Source: Nitrospirota bacterium (GTDB taxonomy: Bacteria; Nitrospirota; UBA9217). From it: a DNA stretch of 64,000 nt. The position numbers were made by a program, and so were the translations under genes. Location: NCBI GenBank assembly GCA_963840455.1, contig CAWIYV010000007.1:448001-512000 (forward strand). The letters run 5' to 3'. Below the pieces are notes generated by a model, which worked only from the letters and a program-made list of their open reading frames with translations, was not told where the DNA came from and made no database searches. Below, piece by piece: positions 18,494-26,854 of this stretch (position 1 is its first letter; each line of letters begins with the position of its first letter).

Positions 18494-19846
18494 TTACTGC
18501 GAAACAAAGTCACTATTCCAAGTAATAGAATCAAGTATTATATATTCACCAGGCATACTCGAGGGTACAGGATCAAAACGGATACCCGTAATAAGACCTT
18601 TATAATTCGGGGAAGAAGTCATATTTATCTTGTAGATCCGTGTCTGTCCGTCCGGCACAATGTTAAAATTAATTTTTTTGGACTCTGAGAACTTAAAAAT
18701 TGGATCGCCATAATTCGTAAAATATATTGCGGCCTGATTCATCTTACTGCGAATAGCTGCACGAATATAAAGTGTCGGAATATCGTCGGCTTGCCATAAA
18801 CTGGGCGGTCCTATGAGCTGTGGATCATTTCTATCTAATATGATGGTGATAGGACCTTTTGTGGGCACCCCATTATCTCGGCAATTATTATAAAACCAAT
18901 GCTGACGATCAGGCCCAAAAAGATAATTCGGTTTTGAATCAATCTGGTTAGCATATGCAACCTGTCGTATTTCTTCCAGGGAGCCAAGTATCAGTTGGTA
19001 TTGGTATTCATACACGATATTATTATCGATGATTTCCCTATAAAGAGGTCCAATGTAGCCTGTCGAATCGTCCAAAGGACCGCCAACGTTAGGCTTCCCA
19101 TGAAATCCACCTGCAAAATAATATACCCCCTGGTTATAAACACCTAACCCCCAGCCCTTATCATTAACCAATGCGGCCCAGTTTTCTGACGCAAACCAAG
19201 TCTTCCATGCAGGTGGTTTGGAGTCAATGATCTGAATTGAAGGTGCATTTGTAAAAGGAGCCGGTCCCGTATAGGTAAACAGTCGATACAACTTACCTAT
19301 GGTGTATACCGCAGGTAATTCCTGGTTAAATGCCGGGTACTGTTTTTTATCTGATCGATGATTAGTCAGCCGATTTCTAATCCGTGCCGTATAGTTCTGC
19401 AATTCAATCCATGTTTCAAAAGTACATTCACAGGGGACATTGTTTAATGCCCATTGCATGGGACGTTCTTTTACATATAATACCTTACCATCATTCCGAT
19501 ATTCCAGTACGGTAGCCCTATTGCCGTAAGTATCTCCGCAGCCAACCGGATTCCAAGGCCAGTTCCGATAGCCGGGGTTAGGAGTTCCAAACGGACGGGG
19601 GCCTGAATAATAGGACTGTTGTATCACTCTTCCTTTATCATGGCTATTGATAACATTTTCACCACTTTTTAAATCTGCGAAATAAGTAATGGTGCCGCCC
19701 AAATCAAGATCGATACCAATCTTAACTACTCCGTTGTCGAGAAAACTCATTTGGTTGCTGTCAGCATCTACTTTGTCCACTGTACCGCCTATAAACATGC
19801 ACAGCGTGAAAACGAATGCAATATGTAGGAAAGTGTAACTTCGCAT
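18494..19846 (-). CDS. Secreted hypothetical protein, possibly carbohydrate-active
   Basis: 450 aa, signal peptide, W/Y/G/N-rich beta composition, C-terminal YKGLITGIRFDP CBM-like segment. Confidence 0.65.
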   Translation of the reverse strand: MRSYTFLHIAFVFTLCMFIGGTVDKVDADSNQMSFLDNGVVKIGIDLDLGGTITYFADLKSGENVINSHDKGRVIQQSYYSGPRPFGTPNPGYRNWPWNPVGCGDTYGNRATVLEYRNDGKVLYVKERPMQWALNNVPCECTFETWIELQNYTARIRNRLTNHRSDKKQYPAFNQELPAVYTIGKLYRLFTYTGPAPFTNAPSIQIIDSKPPAWKTWFASENWAALVNDKGWGLGVYNQGVYYFAGGFHGKPNVGGPLDDSTGYIGPLYREIIDNNIVYEYQYQLILGSLEEIRQVAYANQIDSKPNYLFGPDRQHWFYNNCRDNGVPTKGPITIILDRNDPQLIGPPSLWQADDIPTLYIRAAIRSKMNQAAIYFTNYGDPIFKFSESKKINFNIVPDGQTRIYKINMTSSPNYKGLITGIRFDPVPSSMPGEYIILDSITWNSDFVSQ

Positions 19847-20017
19847 TTTACGTTATTCCTCCATATTGTAATTTCTCATCGCAATCACATTGCAGTATAT
19901 GCTGGAAATGCAGGTTGCAAAAAAAGAACTCTTTGGTTTTTTGGGGATATTAGGCTCACCCCTTGTATATATTAGCGCCGTGGTAATATTGGGTTTGCGT
20001 GCGCTGCTTTTAGTCCG

Positions 20018-21082
20018 GCCACATTCAACTCTGAAGTGCAACAAGTGAGCGAGCAACTTCCAACGGTGTTTTGAAGCCTAGGCACTTTCTGGGTCGGTTG
20101 TTGATGAGCTTCTCGATTTTCTTTATTTGCTCTTTGTCAATCTTACTGAAGTCAGTACCCTTTGGCAAGTAGCGTCGGATGAGGCCGTTGATCTGCTCAT
20201 TCGATCCTCGTTGCCATGCCGCATAGGGATGGGCAAAGTAGCATTTGATGCCAAGCGTAGCTGACAACTCCTCGTGCCTGGCATTCTCAGTGCCGTTGTC
20301 CATGGTAAGCGTCCGTTTTGCCTCCACGGGCAACTTCTTGAGCGCTCGAGCGACCGCCTTATTGGTTTCGGCAGCGGTCTTGCGTTCCAGCTTGGAAAGC
20401 CGGAGGATCCGGGTCTTGCGCTCGATTATGCTGTGCAAGGCAGACTTACTCTTGCGGGAGACCAGCGTATCGCTTTCCCAATGGCCAAATTGCTTTCGCT
20501 GATCGACCGACTTTGGCCTGGCATCAATGGAAACCCTATTGGGAATCTTGGTTTTTCGTACTTTTCTCCCTTTTCCCTTGATGCGCCGTTTCCGGTAGGC
20601 GCGACAGAGCTGGGAGATGAGGTGCTCTCGATCTGGGGTATCCCGGTGATAGATAAACTGGTAGATCGCCTCAGGGCTGATCGACAGGCCGGGAATCTCT
20701 TCCTTGAGACGACCAGCAATGATCTCCGGGGACCAGTTGATCTTAAGCTTTCGCCGGACGTACTGCTGAATCTTTTTGCTCTTGAGCAGCGGCCTATCAT
20801 GACGGGCTGTCAGTTTCCTCTGATCTGATCGTTTCTGTGCCCGGCAGGGCGTGTAACAGCTATACTCCGGGGAAGCGTTACGTATAAGCTCCCGTGAGAT
20901 CGTGCCCTTATCCCGGCTGAGTACCCGGGCAATCTCGGAAGGGCCTTTGCCCTCCCAATGCATTGATGCTATGAGCTCACGCTCTGTTTCGGTAAGATGA
21001 ACATAGGTTTTTGACATGGCCACTTAGGATAGCAGATTCCTTCCTGCTTACCCAAGTGTTGCACTTCACAATTGAACTTGCG
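20018..21082 (-). mobile_element. IS30-family insertion sequence, copy B (1065 bp; distinct from copy A)
   Basis: IRs 20018-20042 and 21058-21082 share TTCAA…TGAAGTGCAAC; flanking 3-bp direct repeat CCG (20015-20017, 21083-21085). Confidence 0.9.
20025..21017 (-). CDS. IS30-family transposase
   Basis: SRDKGTISRELIRN, WSPEII, GHWESD, TMDNGTE, WQRGSNEQINGLIR, C-terminal VALQS within the IR. Confidence 0.95.
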   Translation of the reverse strand: MSKTYVHLTETERELIASMHWEGKGPSEIARVLSRDKGTISRELIRNASPEYSCYTPCRAQKRSDQRKLTARHDRPLLKSKKIQQYVRRKLKINWSPEIIAGRLKEEIPGLSISPEAIYQFIYHRDTPDREHLISQLCRAYRKRRIKGKGRKVRKTKIPNRVSIDARPKSVDQRKQFGHWESDTLVSRKSKSALHSIIERKTRILRLSKLERKTAAETNKAVARALKKLPVEAKRTLTMDNGTENARHEELSATLGIKCYFAHPYAAWQRGSNEQINGLIRRYLPKGTDFSKIDKEQIKKIEKLINNRPRKCLGFKTPLEVARSLVALQS

Positions 21083-21092
21083 CCGTTATTAT

Positions 21093-22406
21093 TCACGTTG
21101 TACTCACCGTTCCCTGCGTATTCTTGAATAGATAAACACCACTTTTCTGAACTATGATAATCATCAATACCATCTCCAATATTTCGGCAGACAAAGACGC
21201 TGTTGCGGTGCCGAATTCACCATAAAACGGTACGGTCAAAAAAGAATATGTTACTGCAAAGAACCCAGTGGCGATCATGATCTTCATAAAGTGGCTTTGC
21301 ATATTGATATTGAGCATAATCTGCGTTCCAAGAATGTTGACCACGAAGATTGTAAACGGGAGTATGGCAAGGATCCTGATCAAGACGGTAATAGTATGAT
21401 TATGTCCGCCGGTCACTAAATATGTCAATACATCAGCTCCGAAATACAGCAGCAAACTGATTGTAAAAAAAGCAGCGCCTCCAAGGAATAATATCTTCCT
21501 CAACAGATGAAGTGTCCGCTCCCGCGACGTGACGAACATCGAACTTATCCTGGGATAGAGAGCCGTACTGAGCGGTGCGATTAGACTGACGAAGGCCCGG
21601 ACTGTCTTGTCTGCAATGGCAAAATACCCTACCTGCTGATTCGACGCAAACAGACCCAGGATAAATGTATTGCTGGTACTGAACAGCGTTATGGATATCT
21701 GCGAGATGAAAACTTGCCAGCCTTCGGCGAGAGACGATCTTATCTCGTCAAAGGACGGCGCTTTCAGAATAATCGGAAATGCAGACTGTGCAACGAGCAA
21801 GCCGATAATACCGGACAAGAGTAAACCTGCGGACTGTAGCCCTGCGGCTAATAGATAATCAGACTGCTTGTGCACAAATACAAATATAAGCGCCAAGGTT
21901 ATCGTCCGTGCAAGGATTGTGAGCGCGGTAATGTATTTCATTTTTTCCAGCCCCTGAAAGAACCAGACAGGAAAAAGCGCATTACCCGGCACGCTAATGA
22001 ACGTGATGAAGTAGATGGTCCAATCAGCCCTGAACTTCGGCACACTAAAGACGATTCCTGCTAGGACCAGCGCGCTTAGCATGACGAGTGCCAATCGGGC
22101 AGCCATGACTGACCAGAATATGTTAGATATTTTATCGCGGCTTGACCGGTTGATGGAAATTTGTCGTGTCGCTGTAAGATTAAATCCGTAATCGGTAATT
22201 AAAATAAAATATTGTACAAATGCCTGCGCGAATGCAAGCAGCCCAAATCGCTCGGCACCAAGCACGCGTACCAGATATGGGAACGTAATGAGGGGGAATA
22301 CGTACTTTGATATTTGTAGAATTGACAAAGAGATGATATTTGTAAAAATCTCCTTACCGGAATCACTCTTGAATTTTGCCAATATTTGATTTATAAATTG
22401 CTTCAT
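21093..22406 (-). CDS. wzx: O-unit flippase Wzx
   Basis: PLITFPYLVRVLG, TDYGFNL, FPVWFFQGLEKM; multi-TM. Confidence 0.92.
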   Translation of the reverse strand: MKQFINQILAKFKSDSGKEIFTNIISLSILQISKYVFPLITFPYLVRVLGAERFGLLAFAQAFVQYFILITDYGFNLTATRQISINRSSRDKISNIFWSVMAARLALVMLSALVLAGIVFSVPKFRADWTIYFITFISVPGNALFPVWFFQGLEKMKYITALTILARTITLALIFVFVHKQSDYLLAAGLQSAGLLLSGIIGLLVAQSAFPIILKAPSFDEIRSSLAEGWQVFISQISITLFSTSNTFILGLFASNQQVGYFAIADKTVRAFVSLIAPLSTALYPRISSMFVTSRERTLHLLRKILFLGGAAFFTISLLLYFGADVLTYLVTGGHNHTITVLIRILAILPFTIFVVNILGTQIMLNINMQSHFMKIMIATGFFAVTYSFLTVPFYGEFGTATASLSAEILEMVLMIIIVQKSGVYLFKNTQGTVSTT

Positions 22407-22719
22407 CTATTGTTAATATTGTTTCAATATTAAAAACGGTATTTGACCGGATGGACCTAAGCGTCACCAATGATGTTTTCACGTTTCCGCATTTCTTAAC
22501 GGTGTATTTCCTCTTTATTCAATTCACTGCGTGTTTTTTATATAGCCTTGGTAGCAGTTCAATTGCCTTACCGTATTCAGGATCTATATGGGCATGACTT
22601 TTATCATAATTATCTAATACTTTTCTCATTTTCTAACGTCTTTTTTGTACATGATTTCTGTATAGAACAAAATCAGCTCAACATCTTCCGCATGCCTGTC
22701 CATCACGCGAATAACACCT

Positions 22720-23751
22720 TCAAGATAATGCCTTTTTGTACCATTCCAATGCTTGATCCAGTCCACGTTCAACGGTATGGCTCGGAATATATCCGAGCAG
22801 ATCACGGGCCTTACTGACATCTGCCTGGGAATGTTTTACATCTCCCGCACGGAAATCCCGGTAGACCGGCTTGCAGTTTTTTAGATGTGAGAAGTCTTTC
22901 TCAAGTCGAACTCGCAGCATCTCAAATAGTTGATTCAGGTCGGTCTTTGCGTTTACTGCAGTATTAAAGACCTGATTCACCGCTTCTTTATTGGAAGTCA
23001 TCGCAGCCAATAAATTCATCTGCACCACATTCGCTATATAGCAGAAATCCCGGCTGGTCTCACCGGTGCCATTGATGTACACAGGCTCCCCTTTGATCAT
23101 GGCAGCGATCCATTTCGGGATCACTGCTGCATACGCGCCTTCCGGATCCTGGCGCGGACCGAAAACATTAAAATAGCGCAGGCCGATTCCTTCCAATCCG
23201 TAACAACGGGCGAACACATCGGCGTACAGTTCGTTCACATATTTGGTAACAGCGTAGGGGGAAAGAGGTTTGCCTATCTTATCTTCGACCTTCGGGAGGC
23301 CGGGATGGTCGCCATAGGTGGAGCTGCTGGCAGCGTATACGATGCGATTCACCTTGTTGTCACGTGCGGCCGTCAACACATTAAGCGTGCCGGTTATGTT
23401 ATTTTCATTGGTAAGGATCGGGTCCTCAAGTGACCTCGGCACTGAACCAATGGCTGCTTCGTGCAGCACGTAATCAGCATCTTTGCAGGCCTTTTGACAG
23501 TCATCGAGGTTACGAATGTCACCCTTCATAAAGCTGAATCTTGACCATTGTATATCACTTACGAGCGATTTTACTTCATGCAGGTTTTGTTCATGGCCCG
23601 TCGAGAAATTATCCAGCCCGACAACGGTCTGATCGAGCCTGAGCAGGTGTTCAAGCAGGTTGGAGCCGATGAAGCCTGCGACGCCCGTTATGGCCCAGGT
23701 CGCAGGTGCTTCCCTTAATCGTTTTTTTATCTCGTCGTATCGTTCTGTCAT
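22720..23751 (-). CDS. wbpP: UDP-GlcNAc(A) 4-epimerase (WbpP/TviC family)
   Basis: [57 protein letters not shown]. Confidence 0.92.
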   Translation of the reverse strand: MTERYDEIKKRLREAPATWAITGVAGFIGSNLLEHLLRLDQTVVGLDNFSTGHEQNLHEVKSLVSDIQWSRFSFMKGDIRNLDDCQKACKDADYVLHEAAIGSVPRSLEDPILTNENNITGTLNVLTAARDNKVNRIVYAASSSTYGDHPGLPKVEDKIGKPLSPYAVTKYVNELYADVFARCYGLEGIGLRYFNVFGPRQDPEGAYAAVIPKWIAAMIKGEPVYINGTGETSRDFCYIANVVQMNLLAAMTSNKEAVNQVFNTAVNAKTDLNQLFEMLRVRLEKDFSHLKNCKPVYRDFRAGDVKHSQADVSKARDLLGYIPSHTVERGLDQALEWYKKALS

Positions 23752-23820
23752 GATCTTCGGGTCCGCCTTACGTTATATGCAGTTTTCGTAACTATTTGGT
23801 CAGATACCAAGGAGTCTCCC

Positions 23821-23987
23821 CGCAAAGCCGCAGAGCAATCAGAGAAGTTCAACAGCAGGGGAAGCCTTCTTGTCTCAACAGCAGCCAGTTCCCCGCATCG
23901 CTCGGGGTAGCACTGTGAGATGCGTTGCGAGGTGATCAAGCTTGATTCAGCCTGTACACGAGACCCGCTTTCCTTTGCGGCTTTGCG
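23821..23987. repeat. Inverted pair CGCAAAGCCGCARAG (REP-like)
   Basis: cgcaaagccgcagag (23821-23835) versus ctttgcggctttgcg (23973-23987): 14/15 complementary. Confidence 0.75.
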
Positions 23988-24040
23988 CGAAACGGTTCTG
24001 TATCGGGCGTTGTCGTCCCTCCGTATATGCCTGTTCTCCG

Positions 24041-25345
24041 TCAAGCCTTATGGATCTTGCTGCTGTTGATATTTTTTCGTCCAAATGCATTTCTCGTGTC
24101 CAGGATGCATTGGGCATGTTCTTCGATAAAGGGATAATCATAGGCTGAATGGTCGGTCAGCAGCAGCACCGCATCCATCTGCCGCAAAAGCCCTTCCGTA
24201 AGCTCAACGGACCTCATGTCAATGTCGGGATAGTGGCGGTGTCCCCGGCAGAGGGGAACATGCATATCATGGTACTGGACCTCTGCCCCGCTGCTTTTTA
24301 GCAGCTGAACGATCTTCAATGAGGGTGATTCCCTCTGGTCGTCTATGTCTCTTTTATATGCCATGCCCAGGATAAGCACTTTTGAACCATTCAGCGTCGT
24401 TCCCTTCCTGTTCAGGACCGAGGTGAGTCTTTCAACAACATAATAAGGCATGCCGGTATTGATCTCGCCCGCCAACTCGATGAACCGCGTGGCAAAATCA
24501 AATTCCCTTGCCTTCCACGTTAGATAGAACGGATCGATCGGGATGCAGTGCCCGCCGAGCCCCGGTCCAGGATAGAACGCCTGGAAGCCGAAAGGTTTTG
24601 TCTTGGCTGCTTCTATAACTTCCCATATGTCAATGCCCATCTTGTCGAAAAGCATCTTGAGTTCATTCACGAGCGCGATATTGACTGACCGGTAAATGTT
24701 TTCAAGAAGCTTTGCAGCCTCGGCTACTTTGGTCGATGAAACCGGTATGGTCTTTTCCACGATCGTGTCATAGAGCGCAACAGCCGCGGCAAGACATTGT
24801 TCCGTATATCCTCCAACGACCTTTGGGATTGTGCTGGTTGAAAATTCCTTGTTGTTCGGGTCTTCTCTTTCAGGGGAAAACGCAAGATGAAAATCCACCC
24901 CGGCTTTGAGGCCGGTGTCCTCTAATATTTTTCTCATATCCTCATCAGTAGTGCCAGGATAGGTTGTTGATTCGAGGGAGATAAGCTGGCCTTTTCGGAG
25001 GTTCTTCGCGATCGTACGCGCTGTATTGAAAACATGCGACATGTCCGGCTCCCGGTATTTGTTGAGCGGCGTTGGAACGCATATGATGATGCAGTCCATA
25101 TTCGCTAACAAGGAAAAGTCAGTCGTGGGCGTGAAAAGAGAGGCATGAACCGTAAAATGGAATGAAGGGATATGCTTTATGTAGCTCTTGCCTTTTTTAA
25201 GCGCGTCGACCTTCTTCGAATCTATATCAAATCCGGTAACAGTAAAGCCGGCCTTGCAGAACTCGATAACCAGCGGCAGGCCGACATAACCCAGCCCGAT
25301 AACGCCGATTTTCGCCTTCTTTGATTTAATTTTATTCAGCAACAT
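24041..25345 (-). CDS. UDP-N-acetylhexosamine 6-dehydrogenase (WbpA/WbpO family)
   Basis: GLGYVGLPL, ICVPTP, ESTTYPGTT, FSPERED, GLGGHCIPIDPFYL. Confidence 0.93.
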   Translation of the reverse strand: MLLNKIKSKKAKIGVIGLGYVGLPLVIEFCKAGFTVTGFDIDSKKVDALKKGKSYIKHIPSFHFTVHASLFTPTTDFSLLANMDCIIICVPTPLNKYREPDMSHVFNTARTIAKNLRKGQLISLESTTYPGTTDEDMRKILEDTGLKAGVDFHLAFSPEREDPNNKEFSTSTIPKVVGGYTEQCLAAAVALYDTIVEKTIPVSSTKVAEAAKLLENIYRSVNIALVNELKMLFDKMGIDIWEVIEAAKTKPFGFQAFYPGPGLGGHCIPIDPFYLTWKAREFDFATRFIELAGEINTGMPYYVVERLTSVLNRKGTTLNGSKVLILGMAYKRDIDDQRESPSLKIVQLLKSSGAEVQYHDMHVPLCRGHRHYPDIDMRSVELTEGLLRQMDAVLLLTDHSAYDYPFIEEHAQCILDTRNAFGRKNINSSKIHKA

Positions 25346-25485
25346 GGTACCCCCGGTGAGTCAGACGGCATAATTCAGTCCTGCCACGCACACTCAGCGC
25401 ACCTCAGGCCCTTACGGGCTGTTGCTCAAATCATATGGATAAAAGCAATCGGCAACGCACTATTGCTGCGACGTACATCACGACA

Positions 25486-25728
25486 TCAAGAGCCAACAGC
25501 GATGATGGGAGTGCAGCAACCAATGTAAATCAGCATGCGCTGCGCTTCGTTCCACCAGATGGGCCTTGCGGAAAGCAGGCCGGTCCGGATGACGCCCTCT
25601 GCTTCGAGCCGTTTGAGGACCCGGCAGGCTTGATCTTCCTTTTCGATGTCAAGAGAGGCCGAGGCGACAGCGGGACCGGCTGCGAACTATGCAATGATCG
25701 TGACAGTAATGACAGCTCTCGTCAGCAA
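25486..25728 (-). pseudogene. 5' remnant of a capsule assembly wzi-like gene
   Basis: Hand translation: LLTRAVITVTIIA*FAAGPAVASASLDIEKEDQACRVLKRLEAEGVIRTGLLSARPIWWNEAQRML…; signal peptide broken by TAG (25687-25689), then an LxxLEAEGxI…RP…EAxR pattern resembling Wzi-family N-termini. Confidence 0.6.
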
Positions 25729-25767
25729 TGAAAGGTCCCTTTGAATGAGAATATCCAATGGGCCAGA

Positions 25768-25796
25768 ATCGTACCAATAAATCTGGTTGCCGTCAA
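25768..25796 (-). promoter_or_regulatory. sigma70 promoter at the head of the Wzx/Wzy cluster
   Basis: TTGACG-17 bp-TACGAT with TG extended -10. Confidence 0.6.
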
Positions 25797-25803
25797 GGCA
25801 TAT

Positions 25804-25918
25804 TGAAGCTCCCTACAGCAAGCTGCAGGGAATCTTCGATCCTCAAGGTAATTATTTTATTCTAATCGCTCGCGAACCCCGCAGCAAGCTACCGGGAATG
25901 CGATCGCTCCTGGATTCA
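25804..25918. mobile_element. Putative non-autonomous twin-hairpin mini-element (PATE/REP-like)
   Basis: Two related hairpins ccctacagc-aa-gctgcaggg (25811-25830) and ccccgcagc-aa-gctaccggg (25877-25896), each followed by AAT; ends TGAA…TTCA. Confidence 0.55.
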
Positions 25919-25952
25919 CCGCCGCATGCTTTAACCCCTTGTATTGTCAGGT

Positions 25953-26094
25953 TTAGATCTTAGCTCGTAGGTCATGGTTTTAGCTCTTAGTTCTGAGTCA
26001 TTAGTTCGAAGAGAAGCGATTGATCGGGCACCAAAGTTCCGATAAAAAAGACTGTTTTCTGACTAAAAACTGAGCACTCAAAACCTATGACTCA
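25953..26094. repeat. Paired complementary heptamer arrays downstream of bioD
   Basis: ttagatc ttagctc gtaggtc…ttagctc ttagttc tgagtca ttagttc (25953-26007) and tgactaa aaactga gcactca aaaccta tgactca (26060-26094). Confidence 0.75.
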
Positions 26095-26775
26095 ATACTG
26101 TTTTCTCATCCTCACCAGCCGGTCTGCAAGGGCATCGAAATCCTCCTGGTCGTATCGCACCTGTCCGAGCACCGGCACTCCTGATAAATGCTCTATGACC
26201 GCGGGGTTTGTCCTTTCCGCCGGGCCCTGCCGTCCATCAGTGCTGTGATTGAATATGGTCCCGGCGATAGGGACCCTGCGTGCGCGCAGTGCCATGATGG
26301 TCAGAAGCGTGTGATTGATCGTGCCGAGACCGGGACGGGCGATGATGAGGACCGGCAGACGCAGCTCGGCTGCAAGGTCGAGATAACTCGTTCGGAAAGT
26401 CAGCGGGACCATGATGCCGCCCGCGCCTTCGACGATCAGGAACTCATGCTTCTTCGTGAGCGCGCGAAAGGCCTCTTTGACCTTCCTGGTCTCTATCGTT
26501 CTCCCCTCTTGCTGTGAGGCGACCATCGGCGCCAGAGGCGCCCGAAACCGGTAAGGATTCACGAGATCAAGCGGGTCCGCCGCTTCGGCGCTTCGCATCA
26601 GTGTCATTGCATCCGCAGGGATCAATTTTCCGTCACGGCTTCTGCAGCCTGTCTCAGCGGGCTTCATCACGCCGACGCCGATGCCCCGCGCACGGAGCGC
26701 GCAGGCAATGCCGGCAGCCACAAAGGTCTTGCCCACGCCGGTGTCAGTTCCGGTTATGAAGATGCCCTTGATCAT
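26092..26775 (-). CDS. bioD: Dethiobiotin synthase
   Basis: FITGTDTGVGKT, MKPAETG, VEGAGG, LGTINHTLLT. Confidence 0.96.
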   Translation of the reverse strand: MIKGIFITGTDTGVGKTFVAAGIACALRARGIGVGVMKPAETGCRSRDGKLIPADAMTLMRSAEAADPLDLVNPYRFRAPLAPMVASQQEGRTIETRKVKEAFRALTKKHEFLIVEGAGGIMVPLTFRTSYLDLAAELRLPVLIIARPGLGTINHTLLTIMALRARRVPIAGTIFNHSTDGRQGPAERTNPAVIEHLSGVPVLGQVRYDQEDFDALADRLVRMRKQY

Positions 26776-26854
26776 TGCACCCCCCCCCACAATGCTAAGG
26801 GTATAGCGTGCACGTTACGATAATCTCTATGCTCCACGTCCCCTGCTCGTTCCT

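Noticed and set aside
17413-21082. Composite transposon carrying the 450-aa gene
   Set aside because: The two IS30s differ in sequence and each has its own target duplication; the outer flanks (AAT vs CCG) do not match.
22407-22719. Small ORFs between wbpP and wzx
   Set aside because: Short, AT-rich, with no recognisable motif or coupling.
25561-25630. Riboswitch (e.g. c-di-GMP) suggested by the ggccttgc-ggaaa-gcaggcc hairpin
   Set aside because: Lacks the other conserved riboswitch elements, and lies antisense within the wzi-like remnant.
25435-25731. 98-aa + strand ORF
   Set aside because: No motif; the opposite strand has a promoter and a more protein-like, Wzi-like frame.
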